A stretch of 64,000 nt of DNA from Methylococcales bacterium (GCA_018672285.1 JABHGC010000237.1:17883-81882), one strand, 5' to 3'. Shown: positions 1 to 10,378, numbered from the stretch's first letter. Notes: generated by a model from the letters alone, not told the origin. Numbers and translations are program-made.

Positions 1-411
1 CATTAATAAATCGCCGTCGCCAGACATCCAGCCAGACTCTGCAACAATCACCCAGGGTGGGAGTTTGTCATCATATACGGTCATGACCGGGTTGGTTATT
101 TCAGTACTGTCCTCATCGATGAAATGAATCATGTTGTCCCCTTTAATTCGATGTTTGGGGGCACCTTTGTCATTCATTGAGGTGGTGGTAAAATTTTCAA
201 GGTAATAGTCTGGAGAGTGGACTGAAACAGGCTTTGATTCTTCAGAGGGCGCGACTTGGTTTAACCAGTGCCAGCTCATACCTGCAACAAACACTAGCGC
301 AACAAACATTAACCCTTTGTTAACCAGGCCGGACAGTGCTGACCACTGGTAGTAGCTTTTAAAAAAGCGAAACCAGCGCACAATGGGATGTTTGATTTGG
401 CGTTTGCTCAT
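1..411 (-). CDS. lptC: LptC, LPS export periplasmic/IM anchor protein (partial; C-terminus beyond window start)
   Basis: Reverse-complement translation from the ATG at 411..409 gives MSKRQIKHPIVRWFRFFKSYYQWSALSGLVNKGLMFVALVFVAG..., with an N-terminal TM anchor and LptC-like periplasmic segment. It lies immediately downstream of kdsC, as in the yrbG-kdsD-kdsC-lptC cluster. Not in the ORF track because the ORF is open at the window edge. Confidence 0.6.
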   Translation of the reverse strand, partial: MSKRQIKHPIVRWFRFFKSYYQWSALSGLVNKGLMFVALVFVAGMSWHWLNQVAPSEESKPVSVHSPDYYLENFTTTSMNDKGAPKHRIKGDNMIHFIDEDSTEITNPVMTVYDDKLPPWVIVAESGWMSGDGDLLM

Positions 412-412
412 G

Positions 413-958
413 TTATACCAAGTGGCCTGCTAGCTCTGACTCTAGTTTACCATGTCCTTTCAATAATAATTCACAGACTTCACGAGCAGCACCTCGGCCT
501 CCGTTAGAGGGGGTTTGCCAGTGGCTATATTGTAATATATAAGGGTGTGCGTCCTGAACCGCAACTGAAAGCCCACAATTTTGCATGATGGGTAAGTCTA
601 CAACGTCATCACCGACAAAGCAGGTTTCTTCCTTACTTAAGCCTAATTTGGTTAATAGTTTTTCGTAGGCAGGGTACTTAGGTACTTGGCCTTGATAAAC
701 ATGTTCTACATCTAAACTTTTCATGCGGTAGGTAACTACTTTTGACTCACGGCCTGTAATGATGCCAATGTCGATACCGGCATTTTGCAGTAAGCGAAAC
801 CCTAAACCATCTCTTGAGTTAAATGCTTTGTACTCTAAACCATCGTCACCTAAAAATAGGCTGCCATCGGTGAGTACGCCATCCACATCGAATATCACCA
901 TCTTGATTTTAGAGGCGCGTTCTAATACATCGGGGGGAATGACTGCATGTGAGATCAT
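413..958 (-). CDS. kdsC: 3-deoxy-D-manno-octulosonate-8-phosphate phosphatase (HAD family)
   Basis: 181 aa with the HAD motif I 'VIFDVDGVLTDG'; size and position directly after kdsD match KdsC. Confidence 0.85.
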   Translation of the reverse strand: MISHAVIPPDVLERASKIKMVIFDVDGVLTDGSLFLGDDGLEYKAFNSRDGLGFRLLQNAGIDIGIITGRESKVVTYRMKSLDVEHVYQGQVPKYPAYEKLLTKLGLSKEETCFVGDDVVDLPIMQNCGLSVAVQDAHPYILQYSHWQTPSNGGRGAAREVCELLLKGHGKLESELAGHLV

Positions 959-986
959 AATAATATCCTAATTTAATTGAATCAAG

Positions 987-1973
987 TTACATCACGCCAG
1001 ATTTCAGCATGTCGATCATATTGAGGGCGCCTATGACTTTGTGTTGCTCATCGACAACCATAAATCCGTTAATTTCGTGCTGTTGCATTAAATTGAGCAC
1101 GTCGACCGCCATCATGTCTTGGTGGCAGGTTTTAGGGTTTTTGGTCATGAGCTCTGTGATTGGCGTGGTGCGGCACTCTGCGGTTGAGTCAAGGGCGCGA
1201 CGTAAGTCACCATCAGTGAATAAACCGACTAATTCACCGGCGTTATTTTCGATGGCTGTCATGCCTAAGCCTTTTTTGGACATTTCTAATAAGGCGTCTC
1301 TAATGGTCGCCGTATCGTTGACACGAGGGATATTATTACCGGTATGCATAATGTCGTTAACGGTGAGCAGCAGTCGTTTGCCCAGTGCCCCACCAGGATG
1401 GGAAATGGCAAAGTCTGCTTCAGTGAAGCCTCTGACTTCTAGTAGGGCAATGGCAAGTGCATCCCCCATTGCTAGGGCAGCGGTTGTGCTTGATGTGGGG
1501 GCTAAGCCGAGCGGGCAAGCTTCTTTATCGACCTTAACGGTAATGTGGACATCTGATGCCTGAGCGAGTAGTGATTGATCATTGCCTGTGATGGCAATGA
1601 CTTTGGCTTTCATTCGTTTGATCATCGGGAGTAAAGCGGCGATCTCTTGAGTGGAGCCTGAGTTGGATAATGCGAGTACAACATCGTTGGGAAGCAGCAT
1701 GCCTAAATCACCATGGCTTGCTTCTCCTGGGTGCATAAAAAATGCAGGGGTGCCTGTACTGGCTAATGTGGCGGATATTTTGTTGCCAACATGGCCTGAT
1801 TTGCCCATGCCGGTGACAACAATGCGGCCATCGCAGTTGAGGATCATTTGACAGGCATTGACGAAGTGTTCATCAATAACATTTTCTAATGATGCAACCG
1901 CTTCAGCTTCTGCACGAATAACAGCAGTGCCCAGTTGTTTTAACTGGTCTGCGTGAGATGAGTAGTCAGTCAT
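987..1973 (-). CDS. kdsD: arabinose-5-phosphate isomerase (SIS domain plus tandem CBS domains)
   Basis: 328 aa, the same length as E. coli KdsD. SIS region 'VVTGMGKSGHVGNKISATLASTGTPAFFMHP' followed by a CBS pair at the C-terminus. Confidence 0.9.
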   Translation of the reverse strand: MTDYSSHADQLKQLGTAVIRAEAEAVASLENVIDEHFVNACQMILNCDGRIVVTGMGKSGHVGNKISATLASTGTPAFFMHPGEASHGDLGMLLPNDVVLALSNSGSTQEIAALLPMIKRMKAKVIAITGNDQSLLAQASDVHITVKVDKEACPLGLAPTSSTTAALAMGDALAIALLEVRGFTEADFAISHPGGALGKRLLLTVNDIMHTGNNIPRVNDTATIRDALLEMSKKGLGMTAIENNAGELVGLFTDGDLRRALDSTAECRTTPITELMTKNPKTCHQDMMAVDVLNLMQQHEINGFMVVDEQHKVIGALNMIDMLKSGVM

Positions 1974-2021
1974 ATTATTGTTCTTATTTTTTTAGGTTAT
2001 GAACTGAATTTAATGGTTGTC

Positions 2022-2999
2022 TTAAGCGACAATATTTTTAAGCGTACCATAGAGTATATATTGATATCCGCAGAACGCGAGTAACAATGCAAAACCTTCT
2101 AGTCGATTGATCCTTCCTCGGCCTGATATGCCAAAACCCATAACAAACATGGCGATGGTTAAACCAATCATCACCGGGAAGTCTCGTTCGAGGACGCCGC
2201 TATCGAAAGTCCCGGGTGCAACTAAAGCGGGAACCGCCATGACGGCGAGTAAGTTGTACATGTTAGAGCCAATAATATTGCCGATGGCAATATCGGGTTC
2301 TTTCTTAAGGGCGCTAATCACTGATGCGGCAAGTTCAGGTAGGCTTGTGCCTATTGCAATAATGGTTAAGCCGATAACCAGTTTGCTGACACCATAGTGA
2401 TCTGCTACAGCCACTGCATTTTCAACTAACAGCTGTGAGCCGGCAAGGAGTAAACCCAGTCCTACGATGAACCAAAAGCCAGAAATTCTAAAGGGCACAA
2501 CCTCGTTAAATTCCGTTTCGTATTCGATTTGAATTGGGTCATCTTGATTGCCTCTTTTGCTGAGGAAAAATAACCAAGTCAGGACAAAAATGAGGCCGGA
2601 TAATAAAATGATGCCGTCAAGTTGGCTTAATTCACCGTCCATCATGAGCGCAAGTGCGGCAAGACTTACAGCTAACAGCAGTGGAAACTCACGGCTCAGA
2701 GTGGAGGATTGCATAGCCAGAGGCATAACCAGTGCTGTTGCACCGAGCACTAAACCAATGTTGGCAATATTGGAACCCAGCGCATTGCCTATAGCGATGG
2801 CAGGATTGCCTTCGAGCGATGCGTTCAAAGAAACAATAATCTCTGGGGCAGAGGTGCCAAAACCTACGATGATGAGACCGACGAGTAGGGGCGAAACCCC
2901 CATGGATCTAGCAATGCCTGAGGCGCCTTGGATAAAGCGGTCTGCACCCCAAATTAAAACGGCGAAACCGAGAATGATATAGGCATAGTTCAATAACAT
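2022..2999 (-). CDS. yrbG: CaCA-family Na+/Ca2+ (cation) exchanger membrane protein
   Basis: 325 aa polytopic membrane protein with two internally repeated alpha-repeat regions ('GTSAPE', 'GTSLPELAASV'). Sits upstream of kdsD as in E. coli. Confidence 0.85.
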   Translation of the reverse strand: MLLNYAYIILGFAVLIWGADRFIQGASGIARSMGVSPLLVGLIIVGFGTSAPEIIVSLNASLEGNPAIAIGNALGSNIANIGLVLGATALVMPLAMQSSTLSREFPLLLAVSLAALALMMDGELSQLDGIILLSGLIFVLTWLFFLSKRGNQDDPIQIEYETEFNEVVPFRISGFWFIVGLGLLLAGSQLLVENAVAVADHYGVSKLVIGLTIIAIGTSLPELAASVISALKKEPDIAIGNIIGSNMYNLLAVMAVPALVAPGTFDSGVLERDFPVMIGLTIAMFVMGFGISGRGRINRLEGFALLLAFCGYQYILYGTLKNIVA

Positions 3000-3031
3000 G
3001 CGTGTGTTTGGTTAACCTGTTGTCTGTGATT

Positions 3032-3217
3032 TTAGTGGCTTTTCGTTTTACTTGCGTTGCAGCGAGAGCAGCGATAAACCGTAATTAGCTTGCCTGTTTT
3101 TACATCAAAGGGTTGATGCTTGTCTACCACCCATTTATGCAGGCCGTTTTTGCACAAACTTTTACCTTTATGCTTTTCTTTTAAGCTTTTCTTTTTAAAG
3201 GGGATAACATCTCCCAT
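3032..3217 (-). CDS. small lysine-rich protein with a C..H...C..C zinc-ribbon-like motif (hypothetical)
   Basis: 61-aa ORF with basic N-terminus 'KKKSLKEKHKGKSLCKNGLHKW' and 'CSRCN' near the C-terminus. No family recognised from sequence alone. Confidence 0.3.
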   Translation of the reverse strand: MGDVIPFKKKSLKEKHKGKSLCKNGLHKWVVDKHQPFDVKTGKLITVYRCSRCNASKTKSH

Positions 3218-3421
3218 GAGTAATCCTGTTGTTTTGATTTTTATATCAGTAAACTGATTTTAGTGTAAGAGATTGCTTTCAACTCTTCCAATAATATGGC
3301 GGTTTTAGTCGAAAAAATCTGACTTATTATATCAGCATAGATGAGCAAAAACTTGTCTATGTTAAATCAAAGTAATACGATAATATGATTATAGTTAATA
3401 CTGATGTTTGAGGTGAATTCT

Positions 3422-3856
3422 ATGACTGATGTGCATCCTTTTTTAGCGTTATTTCGTGGTGATTTTTATGGCATGTTACGTTGGGAGCAGTTAGACACCC
3501 TTTGGGGGGTAATGCGTCAAGACGCGCAAAAACATTGGCATATTTATCATGTGGGTGATGCGCCACCAGAAGGGCCAATTGACCACCCAAAATTACTTGA
3601 ATTTATTACTCACATCGATGAGTTACTGCATAAAGAACATCAGGAAGAGTATTGTGGTGTGGTGTATGTTGATAACCCGAAAGACCCCGCATTTGTAAAG
3701 GTGTTTGATCCTAACAATCTAGGTGTGTCTTGTGGGTTTAGTGATAACCCACCATTGCCGGGTTGGATTTTGTCTTTGCAAACGCCTATAGACTTGCCAG
3801 AAGCCATTAAGCCTGCAAAAAATCGGCAGCGGTGGTGGCAGAAGATATTTGATTAG
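3422..3856 (+). CDS. hypothetical protein
   Basis: ORF 3404..3856. The likely start is the ATG at 3422 (MTDVHPF...), preceded by the GAGGTG Shine-Dalgarno at about 3409. No recognisable motifs. Confidence 0.45.
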   Translation: MTDVHPFLALFRGDFYGMLRWEQLDTLWGVMRQDAQKHWHIYHVGDAPPEGPIDHPKLLEFITHIDELLHKEHQEEYCGVVYVDNPKDPAFVKVFDPNNLGVSCGFSDNPPLPGWILSLQTPIDLPEAIKPAKNRQRWWQKIFD

Positions 3857-4110
3857 TTTTTGAGCTTGAGTGGTCGGGACTGCGGGAAGTGATACTTTTT
3901 TCAGCCGCTGGTATCCACTGGTTTTGTTTTATTTGTTCAGATATGTGCCTGTCCGTTTAGATTCACCGGCTGAAAAAAGATCACTCCCCTCCGGCCTTCT
4001 GGCAGGGAAGTTAACTTCAAAAATGCCAAACCCAAAACAAAATTTAACCTGCGGCCTGTTGAAACACCGTCAATTTAATTTAGCTTCTTTCTTTAAAAAA
4101 TCACTAATGG

Positions 4111-4764
4111 TTACCGCAAAGAAATCATTGGCCAATCATTGTCTTTAGCGTAATCAGTTAACTTCTCATCTGCATCAACGACCACTGGATGGGTGACTTG
4201 TTTAAGTAGCGGTAAATCATTGTGGGAGTCGCTATAAAACGTACTGTTCTCTAAGTTGTGACCTTTTTCGGTTAACCATTCGTTTAAGCGCTCAACTTTC
4301 CCCTCTTGGAAGCAGGGCGTTCCGGCAACATTCCCTGTGTAACGATTATCGACGATTTCGGGCATGGTGGCGAGAATGTGCGGAATGCCTAAATATTCTG
4401 CGATGGGAGCTGTAACAAAATGGTTGGTGGCGGTAATAATCAATAAAGTATCACCTTGTGCTCTATGTTTCTCGATAAGGGCTTTGGCTTTAGGCAGCAT
4501 AATACTGTCGATTTTGGTGGCCATAAAACCTTGGTGGCGCTCATTGAGCACTTCCATGCTGTCTGAACTTAGGGCGCTTAAAGAAAAAGCCAAAAACTCA
4601 TTAATATCTAAAACACCGCGTTTGTATTCATCATAAAAACGGTCATTGCTGGTTTTGTAGAGCGCTTTGTCCACGAGCCCTTGCTCGACTAAATATTCGC
4701 CCCATAAATGGTCGCTGTCGCCCGCTATTAAAGTGTTGTCTAAATCAAAGATGGCTAGTGGCAC
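4111..4764 (-). CDS. HAD-IB family hydrolase (SerB/phosphatase-like)
   Basis: 217 aa. HAD motif I 'IFDLDNTLIAGDSD', a cap domain, and C-terminal motifs 'YSDSHNDLPLL'. Confidence 0.75.
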   Translation of the reverse strand: MPLAIFDLDNTLIAGDSDHLWGEYLVEQGLVDKALYKTSNDRFYDEYKRGVLDINEFLAFSLSALSSDSMEVLNERHQGFMATKIDSIMLPKAKALIEKHRAQGDTLLIITATNHFVTAPIAEYLGIPHILATMPEIVDNRYTGNVAGTPCFQEGKVERLNEWLTEKGHNLENSTFYSDSHNDLPLLKQVTHPVVVDADEKLTDYAKDNDWPMISLR

Positions 4765-4846
4765 GGTTTTGTCCTCGGGATAATTTGCCTAAATCGTATA
4801 AAAAGACCACACTATTAGCAACTTGAGATTTATGTGGTGAGATATC

Positions 4847-5428
4847 GTGATTGATGCCGAAGGTTTTCGGCCGAATGTGGGTATTATTTTGGTTAACCGA
4901 GAAGGCAAGGTCTTCTGGGCGAGGCGAAAGGGTCAGCACGCTTGGCAGTTTCCCCAAGGTGGGATTGAAGTAGATGAAAACCCTGTGCAGGCAATGTATC
5001 GCGAGCTGTATGAAGAGTCTGGTCTAAAACCTGAGCATGTCGAGATCATTGGTTGTACCAAAGGTTGGTTAAGATACCGTTTGCCCAAGAAATTTTTACG
5101 AAAAAACAGTGTGCCATTGTGCATTGGGCAGAAGCAAGTTTGGTTTTTGCTGCGAATGGTTGAAGTCGATGATTGTGTTCAGTTAAATGCAACAGACAGT
5201 CCTGAGTTTGATGCGTGGCGGTGGGCTTTTTATTGGTTGCCAGTGAAAGAGGTGGTGTTTTTTAAGCGGCAAATTTATCACAAAGCTTTGTTTGAGTTGG
5301 CACCATTGATTTTTGATGAAGAGAAAAAACGCAATTGCCCTAAGAAATATTTAGAGGATAAGCCACATCGCAGAAGGTCTATGCATTCGCTTAGGCGTAA
5401 GCAAAGTGAACGTCGGGACGATCAGTAG
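4847..5428 (+). CDS. rppH: RNA pyrophosphohydrolase (Nudix)
   Basis: N-terminus '[39 protein letters not shown]' is near-identical in pattern to E. coli RppH. Nudix box '[13 protein letters not shown]' present. Confidence 0.85.
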   Translation: MIDAEGFRPNVGIILVNREGKVFWARRKGQHAWQFPQGGIEVDENPVQAMYRELYEESGLKPEHVEIIGCTKGWLRYRLPKKFLRKNSVPLCIGQKQVWFLLRMVEVDDCVQLNATDSPEFDAWRWAFYWLPVKEVVFFKRQIYHKALFELAPLIFDEEKKRNCPKKYLEDKPHRRRSMHSLRRKQSERRDDQ

Positions 5429-6216
5429 CCAGCCGAAACCATATCAATGCCTTCCGGCAGTTTGTCCAACCTTTTGATGTTGGTCTCCATTTGTCCATTC
5501 TCAAAAAAAGTGAGGTGCCGGTAACCTGGTGGAACGTTATCTAGGGCAAACTCTGTGCTGTGAGGCTTGAATTGAATACAAGTTGATGGTGCCGTGTACA
5601 ACGGGATCTCATGTGCTAAAAAAATGTGTGCTTGGTGCACGTGACCACAGAGCATTAGGTCTACTTGTTTTGGCGTGATGGCATTATAGAGAAGTTCAGG
5701 GTTATCAATGGCCATGGTGTCTAGCCATTGGCTGCCAACATGGATTGGGTTGTGGTGCATGCAAATCACGGTGTGCATGTCAGAGTCTAGGTACTTCCCG
5801 AGTTGTTTTATTTCATCGTCTTTAAAGCGACCGCTTGCGCTATTTGGAATGTTTGTGTCGAGCATGATGAACTGCCACTTCCCTACACTAAACTGCGGTA
5901 TGAATTTCACAAACTCGGTATTAAAGTGTTTGGCCATGAGTCTGGATTCGTCATGATTTCCAGGTAGGCAATAAGTTGGGATGCCGATGCTGTCTAGAGT
6001 GTCGATAATACGCTTGTACCCGGCTAAATGGCCGTCTTGTACAATGTCGCCCGTTAATAAAAAAAAGTCGATGTGCTCTATTGTGTCTAACGCGTGCTGT
6101 AGGGTTGCGTCAAAACTTTGCTGAGTGTTTAAGCCAAGTAACTTTTCTTCAACTGTTTCAAAGAGATGGGTGTCACTTAGCTGAGCTACGCTGAGTGCGT
6201 TTGTTTGAGTTGTCAT
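5422..6216 (-). CDS. cpdA: calcineurin-like metallophosphoesterase, 3',5'-cyclic-nucleotide phosphodiesterase CpdA-like
   Basis: 264 aa with metallophosphatase motifs 'GDIVQDG', 'GNHD', 'GHVH'. Its 3' end overlaps rppH convergently. Confidence 0.7.
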   Translation of the reverse strand: MTTQTNALSVAQLSDTHLFETVEEKLLGLNTQQSFDATLQHALDTIEHIDFFLLTGDIVQDGHLAGYKRIIDTLDSIGIPTYCLPGNHDESRLMAKHFNTEFVKFIPQFSVGKWQFIMLDTNIPNSASGRFKDDEIKQLGKYLDSDMHTVICMHHNPIHVGSQWLDTMAIDNPELLYNAITPKQVDLMLCGHVHQAHIFLAHEIPLYTAPSTCIQFKPHSTEFALDNVPPGYRHLTFFENGQMETNIKRLDKLPEGIDMVSAGY

Positions 6217-6260
6217 TCAGTTTTTCGGCTTTTTTTAAAGTTGTCTCTATAAAACCTAGG

Positions 6261-7562
6261 TTAAATCTGAATAGCTTTCAATAAAATCTTAGAGTTACGT
6301 TGATAGTTATACAGTTCTGCGCGCTCTACAGGGATTTTTTCTAAGTCCGTTTCTGCAAAACCTCGCTCAATAAACCAGTGTGATGATTGGGTTGTGAAGA
6401 CCAATATGCGCTGAATATTGTCTTGCTGGGCAAGCAGGGTCATGTGCTGCAGTAAGTTATCTCCACGGTTCGCGCGGTGATAGTTGGTATCGATGGCCAG
6501 GCAGGCAAGTTCTGCGGTGGCATCATTTGGGAATAAATGTAGCGCAGCACAGCCGATAACCATGTTGTCTCTTTCTATCACCACAAAATCGTCTATTTCT
6601 CTTTCAATGTGCTCTCTTGAACGCCGGATGAGGATGCCCTCTGCTTCCAAGGGTTCGATTAATTGCAGAATGCCGGTGATGTCATCAACGCTTGCACTGC
6701 GAATTTGTTCAAACGGTTGCTGAGTGACGAGAGTACCAGAGCCATCACAAGTGAAGAGCTCTTTGATGAGCGCGCCATCTTCTGTGCCGTTAATAATGTG
6801 AGTCCGGTTAATGCCGTTGTCACACGCCAAGGCTGCCGCATTTAATGTGTGCTGTAAATCTGGGTTATTGATGACGGCAGCTCTTGCATCATCAGGGCTT
6901 AGCTCAGTTGTTAGGTCTTTGGATGCATTGACGGCGGGTTCATTGATGCCATATATGAGTTTGTTTGCCTGGAGCGCAATGGCGCAGGATTGAGCAACTT
7001 CTTCGACATTTAAATTGAATATTTCGCCCGTAGGTGAAAAGCCAATCGGGGGGAGTAAAATAATGTTGTCCATGTCGAGCAGTAGGCCAATGGCTTTGGT
7101 GTTGACCTTTCTAACTTGGCCGGTGTGTTGGTGGTCTATACCGTCTCTAATGCCGACGGGTTTTGCGGTAATAAAATTACCGTTGATGGCTTTGATTTCG
7201 GTGCCAGCCATTGGCGTATTGCTCAAGCTGTAGGTGAACCTAGCCTGTAAATCTAAGGTCATTGAGCCAATAATAGGGACAATGACATCCATCGCTGCCT
7301 GTGTGGTGACGCGAATGTTGTGGTGGTAGTCATTGGGCAGTTTGGCGTGCTTAAGGCTTTTGTCAATTTGTGGTCGAGCGCCAAAAGCAATGACCAGCTT
7401 AATACCGAGGCTGTTTAATAAAGCCAAGTCGTGAATTAAGTTGGTGAGCTGTGGGTGGTCAAATAAATGACCATTTATGCTGATAACAAATGTATTGCCT
7501 TGATGTGCGCGAATGTAAGGGGATGAGTGCCGAAAGGCATCAATAAAATTTTGATTAGTCAT
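6261..7562 (-). CDS. argA: amino-acid N-acetyltransferase (N-acetylglutamate synthase), AA-kinase fold plus GNAT
   Basis: 433 aa, N-terminal acetylglutamate-kinase-like domain and C-terminal GNAT domain, located in the arg cluster. Confidence 0.9.
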   Translation of the reverse strand: MTNQNFIDAFRHSSPYIRAHQGNTFVISINGHLFDHPQLTNLIHDLALLNSLGIKLVIAFGARPQIDKSLKHAKLPNDYHHNIRVTTQAAMDVIVPIIGSMTLDLQARFTYSLSNTPMAGTEIKAINGNFITAKPVGIRDGIDHQHTGQVRKVNTKAIGLLLDMDNIILLPPIGFSPTGEIFNLNVEEVAQSCAIALQANKLIYGINEPAVNASKDLTTELSPDDARAAVINNPDLQHTLNAAALACDNGINRTHIINGTEDGALIKELFTCDGSGTLVTQQPFEQIRSASVDDITGILQLIEPLEAEGILIRRSREHIEREIDDFVVIERDNMVIGCAALHLFPNDATAELACLAIDTNYHRANRGDNLLQHMTLLAQQDNIQRILVFTTQSSHWFIERGFAETDLEKIPVERAELYNYQRNSKILLKAIQI

Positions 7563-8703
7563 GGGCTTGCACGCAATATCGATGAATCATTTGTTGTAAA
7601 AGGTGTACGGTTGGGTTGAATTGATCTAAGCGAATAAACTCGTCAGGTTGATGGGCTTGATCAATGCTCCCTGGGCCAAGGACGATGGTGTCCATCCCCA
7701 TTTGTTTAAGATAGGGGGCTTCTGTACCAAAAGCAACGGCTTCGGCTGTTGCCCCCGTTAATTGTTCTGCCGCTTTCACAATGTCCTTATTGGCATCGGT
7801 TTCTACCGCAGGAATGCCATCAAACAAAGCGGATTGGGTAATGCTAAAGGGGCTGTCTTTAGCAACCGCTTGTAGCTTGAGGCTTAAGGTCTCTCGTAAA
7901 TTGTCTAAGCTCATGCCTGGAAGTGGGCGTAGATCAATGTGTAGCTCGCAAGCGCCACAGATACGGTTGGGGTTGTCACCGCCATGTATGTGACCAAAAT
8001 TTAGGGTTGGGTGGGGCACAGCAAAAGCCGGGTTTTGGTGTTTTTGCTGTAACTCATTGCGCCAGTGTGAAAGGGTGGCTAATACGTCGACCATGCCTTC
8101 AATGGCGTTGTGCCCTAAATCTGGGTTGCTAGAGTGGCCTGCTAGCCCTTGGATGTGGATTTTTTCCATTAAAATGCCTTTGTGCATCCTAATGGGTTTT
8201 AAATTGGTTGGTTCACCAATGATGGCATGCCGTGGCTTGCTAAGAGGATAGTTGAGTAGCGCTTTAGCACCCGACATGGTGGTCTCTTCATCTGCTGTGG
8301 CTAAGATGATTAACGGGCGTTTAAAATCCTGGCTATTAAAGGTTTTGATGGCTTCTATCGCAAAGGCAAAAAACGACTTCATGTCGCAGGTGCCAAGGCC
8401 ATAAAATTTATGATCTTGTTCGGTAATTTTAAAGGGGTCGCATGTCCAGCGCTCAAGATCGTAAGGAACGGTGTCAGTGTGGCCTGATAGAACCAATCCA
8501 CCTGAGCCTGTACCGATGGTGGCAATTAGGTTTTTTTTGCCTAATGAGACGGTTTGCAGCTCAACTTTAAAGTCGAGTGTTTTAAACCAGTCTGCAAGCA
8601 GATGGATGACAGCCTCGTTGCTGGTGTCTAGCTCCGGTTTTGTGCTGCTCACCGACGGTGCTGCAATCAGTTGTTTAATGAGGTCGGGTAGTGCTGGAAG
8701 CAT
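7555..8703 (-). CDS. argE: acetylornithine deacetylase (M20 peptidase family)
   Basis: 382 aa, collinear with E. coli ArgE ('LLADWFK...GHTDTVP...GLGTCDMK'). Overlaps the argA start by 8 nt. Confidence 0.85.
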   Translation of the reverse strand: MLPALPDLIKQLIAAPSVSSTKPELDTSNEAVIHLLADWFKTLDFKVELQTVSLGKKNLIATIGTGSGGLVLSGHTDTVPYDLERWTCDPFKITEQDHKFYGLGTCDMKSFFAFAIEAIKTFNSQDFKRPLIILATADEETTMSGAKALLNYPLSKPRHAIIGEPTNLKPIRMHKGILMEKIHIQGLAGHSSNPDLGHNAIEGMVDVLATLSHWRNELQQKHQNPAFAVPHPTLNFGHIHGGDNPNRICGACELHIDLRPLPGMSLDNLRETLSLKLQAVAKDSPFSITQSALFDGIPAVETDANKDIVKAAEQLTGATAEAVAFGTEAPYLKQMGMDTIVLGPGSIDQAHQPDEFIRLDQFNPTVHLLQQMIHRYCVQAHD

Positions 8704-8707
8704 GGCG

Positions 8708-9391
8708 TTAGCCTAAGTAAGAATCGCCGCCCCAAGATCCACTACGCTTTTTAGCGCCCAGTCTAGGTAGGATTAACCCCAGAAATAAGCCGAAAACGAT
8801 GGTGCCTGCGCCAAGCATGAATAAGACGTTACGATCAGATTGTTCCAAAATTTCATTGCGTTGAGAGACTTTTTTGAATTTTTGTTCGGTGATTTCTAAG
8901 GTGGCCTTTAGTTCATTGCGCTCTCTTTCAATCATGAGTGCATTTGAGGCTTTTTGTCTAATATCAGTCAGTTCTTCTGTTAAGGTTTTGTTTTGGAATA
9001 AATTTTGTTGTAAAGATTGGTTGGCTGATTCGTACTCGTTGGTCACTTTTTCAAACGCGCTGGTGATATCGTCAAGCTGCTTTTGTAAAGCTGCATTTTT
9101 TTCTTGAGCAATGATGAGGCCCTTTCTTGCGCTGGGCTGTTTGTCCAGCTGCCTGGTTAAGACCCAACCAGATTTACCCGATTTAAGTTTTACTTGAGAG
9201 TAACCTGATGATTTATCACGGGAAACAACTGTTAGTGGTGTGCCGCTTCGGAGTGTGGCTGTGATTTTATTGGCAGTGCTTGGCCCGCTTCGCATGTTGA
9301 TTTTTAATCGATCGGAAACATAGAGCGTTTGAGCAAAACTGTGTGTAGAAAAGAGCAGTAAGCAGATGAAGGTTACTAAGGTACGTTTCAC
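8708..9391 (-). CDS. SH3-domain membrane protein (YgiM/TIGR04211-like): signal peptide, SH3b domain, coiled coil, C-terminal TM
   Basis: 227 aa. Signal peptide 'MKRTLVTFICLLLFSTHSFA', SH3b-like 'YVSDRLKINMRSGPS...GWVLTRQL', long coiled coil, and a C-terminal TM helix followed by 'KKRSGSWGG'. Confidence 0.6.
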   Translation of the reverse strand: MKRTLVTFICLLLFSTHSFAQTLYVSDRLKINMRSGPSTANKITATLRSGTPLTVVSRDKSSGYSQVKLKSGKSGWVLTRQLDKQPSARKGLIIAQEKNAALQKQLDDITSAFEKVTNEYESANQSLQQNLFQNKTLTEELTDIRQKASNALMIERERNELKATLEITEQKFKKVSQRNEILEQSDRNVLFMLGAGTIVFGLFLGLILPRLGAKKRSGSWGGDSYLG

Positions 9392-9456
9392 TATGATTCC
9401 TAATTGTTATTATTTTTTTCCTAAGTATGAGTAGGTTATAGCTCAGTTTTAGAAAA

Positions 9457-10359
9457 TTAGGCAAGCAAAAACTCGAGTAATGCTTTTTGGGCGTGGAGGC
9501 GATTTTCAGCTTCGTCCCAAATCACACTCTGTGGGCCGTCAATTACGTCAGCGGTGACTTCTTCACCGCGGTGTGCGGGCAGGCAGTGCATGAACAAGGC
9601 ATCAGCTCTGGCTTGTTGCATTACAGACTGGTTCACTTGGAAGCCGGCAAACGCAATTTCACGCTTCTTCTGTTCTTCCTCTTGCCCCATGCTCGCCCAG
9701 ACATCGGTGACGATTAAATCAGAGTCTGTTGAGGCTTGTTTTGCATCATGGCAAATGTTGATGTGGTCTTTAGTATTGGCAATAATTTCAGGATAGGGCG
9801 TGTAGTCTTCTGGGCAGGCAATATTGAGGGTAAAACCAAACTGTTTGGCCGCATTCATATAGGAATGGCACATATTGTTGCCATCTCCAATCCAGGTAAC
9901 TGTTTTGCCTTTAATGCTACCGCGGTGCTCTTGGTAGGTTTGTACGTCGGCTAGAAGCTGGCAAGGGTGAAAGTCATCTGTGAGTGCATTAATGACGGGC
10001 ACGCTTGAGTTCTCAGCAAAAAAAGCCAATTGTTTGTGGGAAAATGTACGGATGGTAATGCAGTCCACCATGCTGGATAACACGCGCGCGGTGTCTTCTA
10101 GTGGCTCGCCTCGGCCAAGCTGAATATCTCGGGGAGATAAAAAAAGTGCTTTGCCACCAAAGTGAATCATACCGGTTTCAAAAGAAACACGAGTACGAGT
10201 GGAGGACTTTTCAAAAATCATCCCCAGTACTTTGTTTTTAAGGGGCTCAAAAATGTCACCCTGCTTGTACGCGGTTTTGATTTCGATGGCTCGATCCATC
10301 ATAGCGTTGAGTTCAGCGGGGGTTAAATCTAATAGCGAGAGAAAGTGACGAGTAGTCAT
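9457..10359 (-). CDS. argF: ornithine carbamoyltransferase
   Basis: 300 aa with carbamoyl-phosphate binding 'STRTRVSFE' and ornithine-binding 'HCLP' motifs. Confidence 0.9.
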   Translation of the reverse strand: MTTRHFLSLLDLTPAELNAMMDRAIEIKTAYKQGDIFEPLKNKVLGMIFEKSSTRTRVSFETGMIHFGGKALFLSPRDIQLGRGEPLEDTARVLSSMVDCITIRTFSHKQLAFFAENSSVPVINALTDDFHPCQLLADVQTYQEHRGSIKGKTVTWIGDGNNMCHSYMNAAKQFGFTLNIACPEDYTPYPEIIANTKDHINICHDAKQASTDSDLIVTDVWASMGQEEEQKKREIAFAGFQVNQSVMQQARADALFMHCLPAHRGEEVTADVIDGPQSVIWDEAENRLHAQKALLEFLLA

Positions 10360-10378
10360 AGAACAATATCCATCGCCT

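Noticed and set aside
3870-4148. 92-aa plus-strand ORF
   Set aside because: Weak start context, overlaps the 3' end of the HAD hydrolase gene on the opposite strand, no motifs. The region is kept only as a low-interest non-coding-gap observation.
9267-9464. 65-aa ORF between the SH3 protein and argF
   Set aside because: It overlaps the SH3 gene start and argF stop and has a low-complexity translation; likely intergenic noise.
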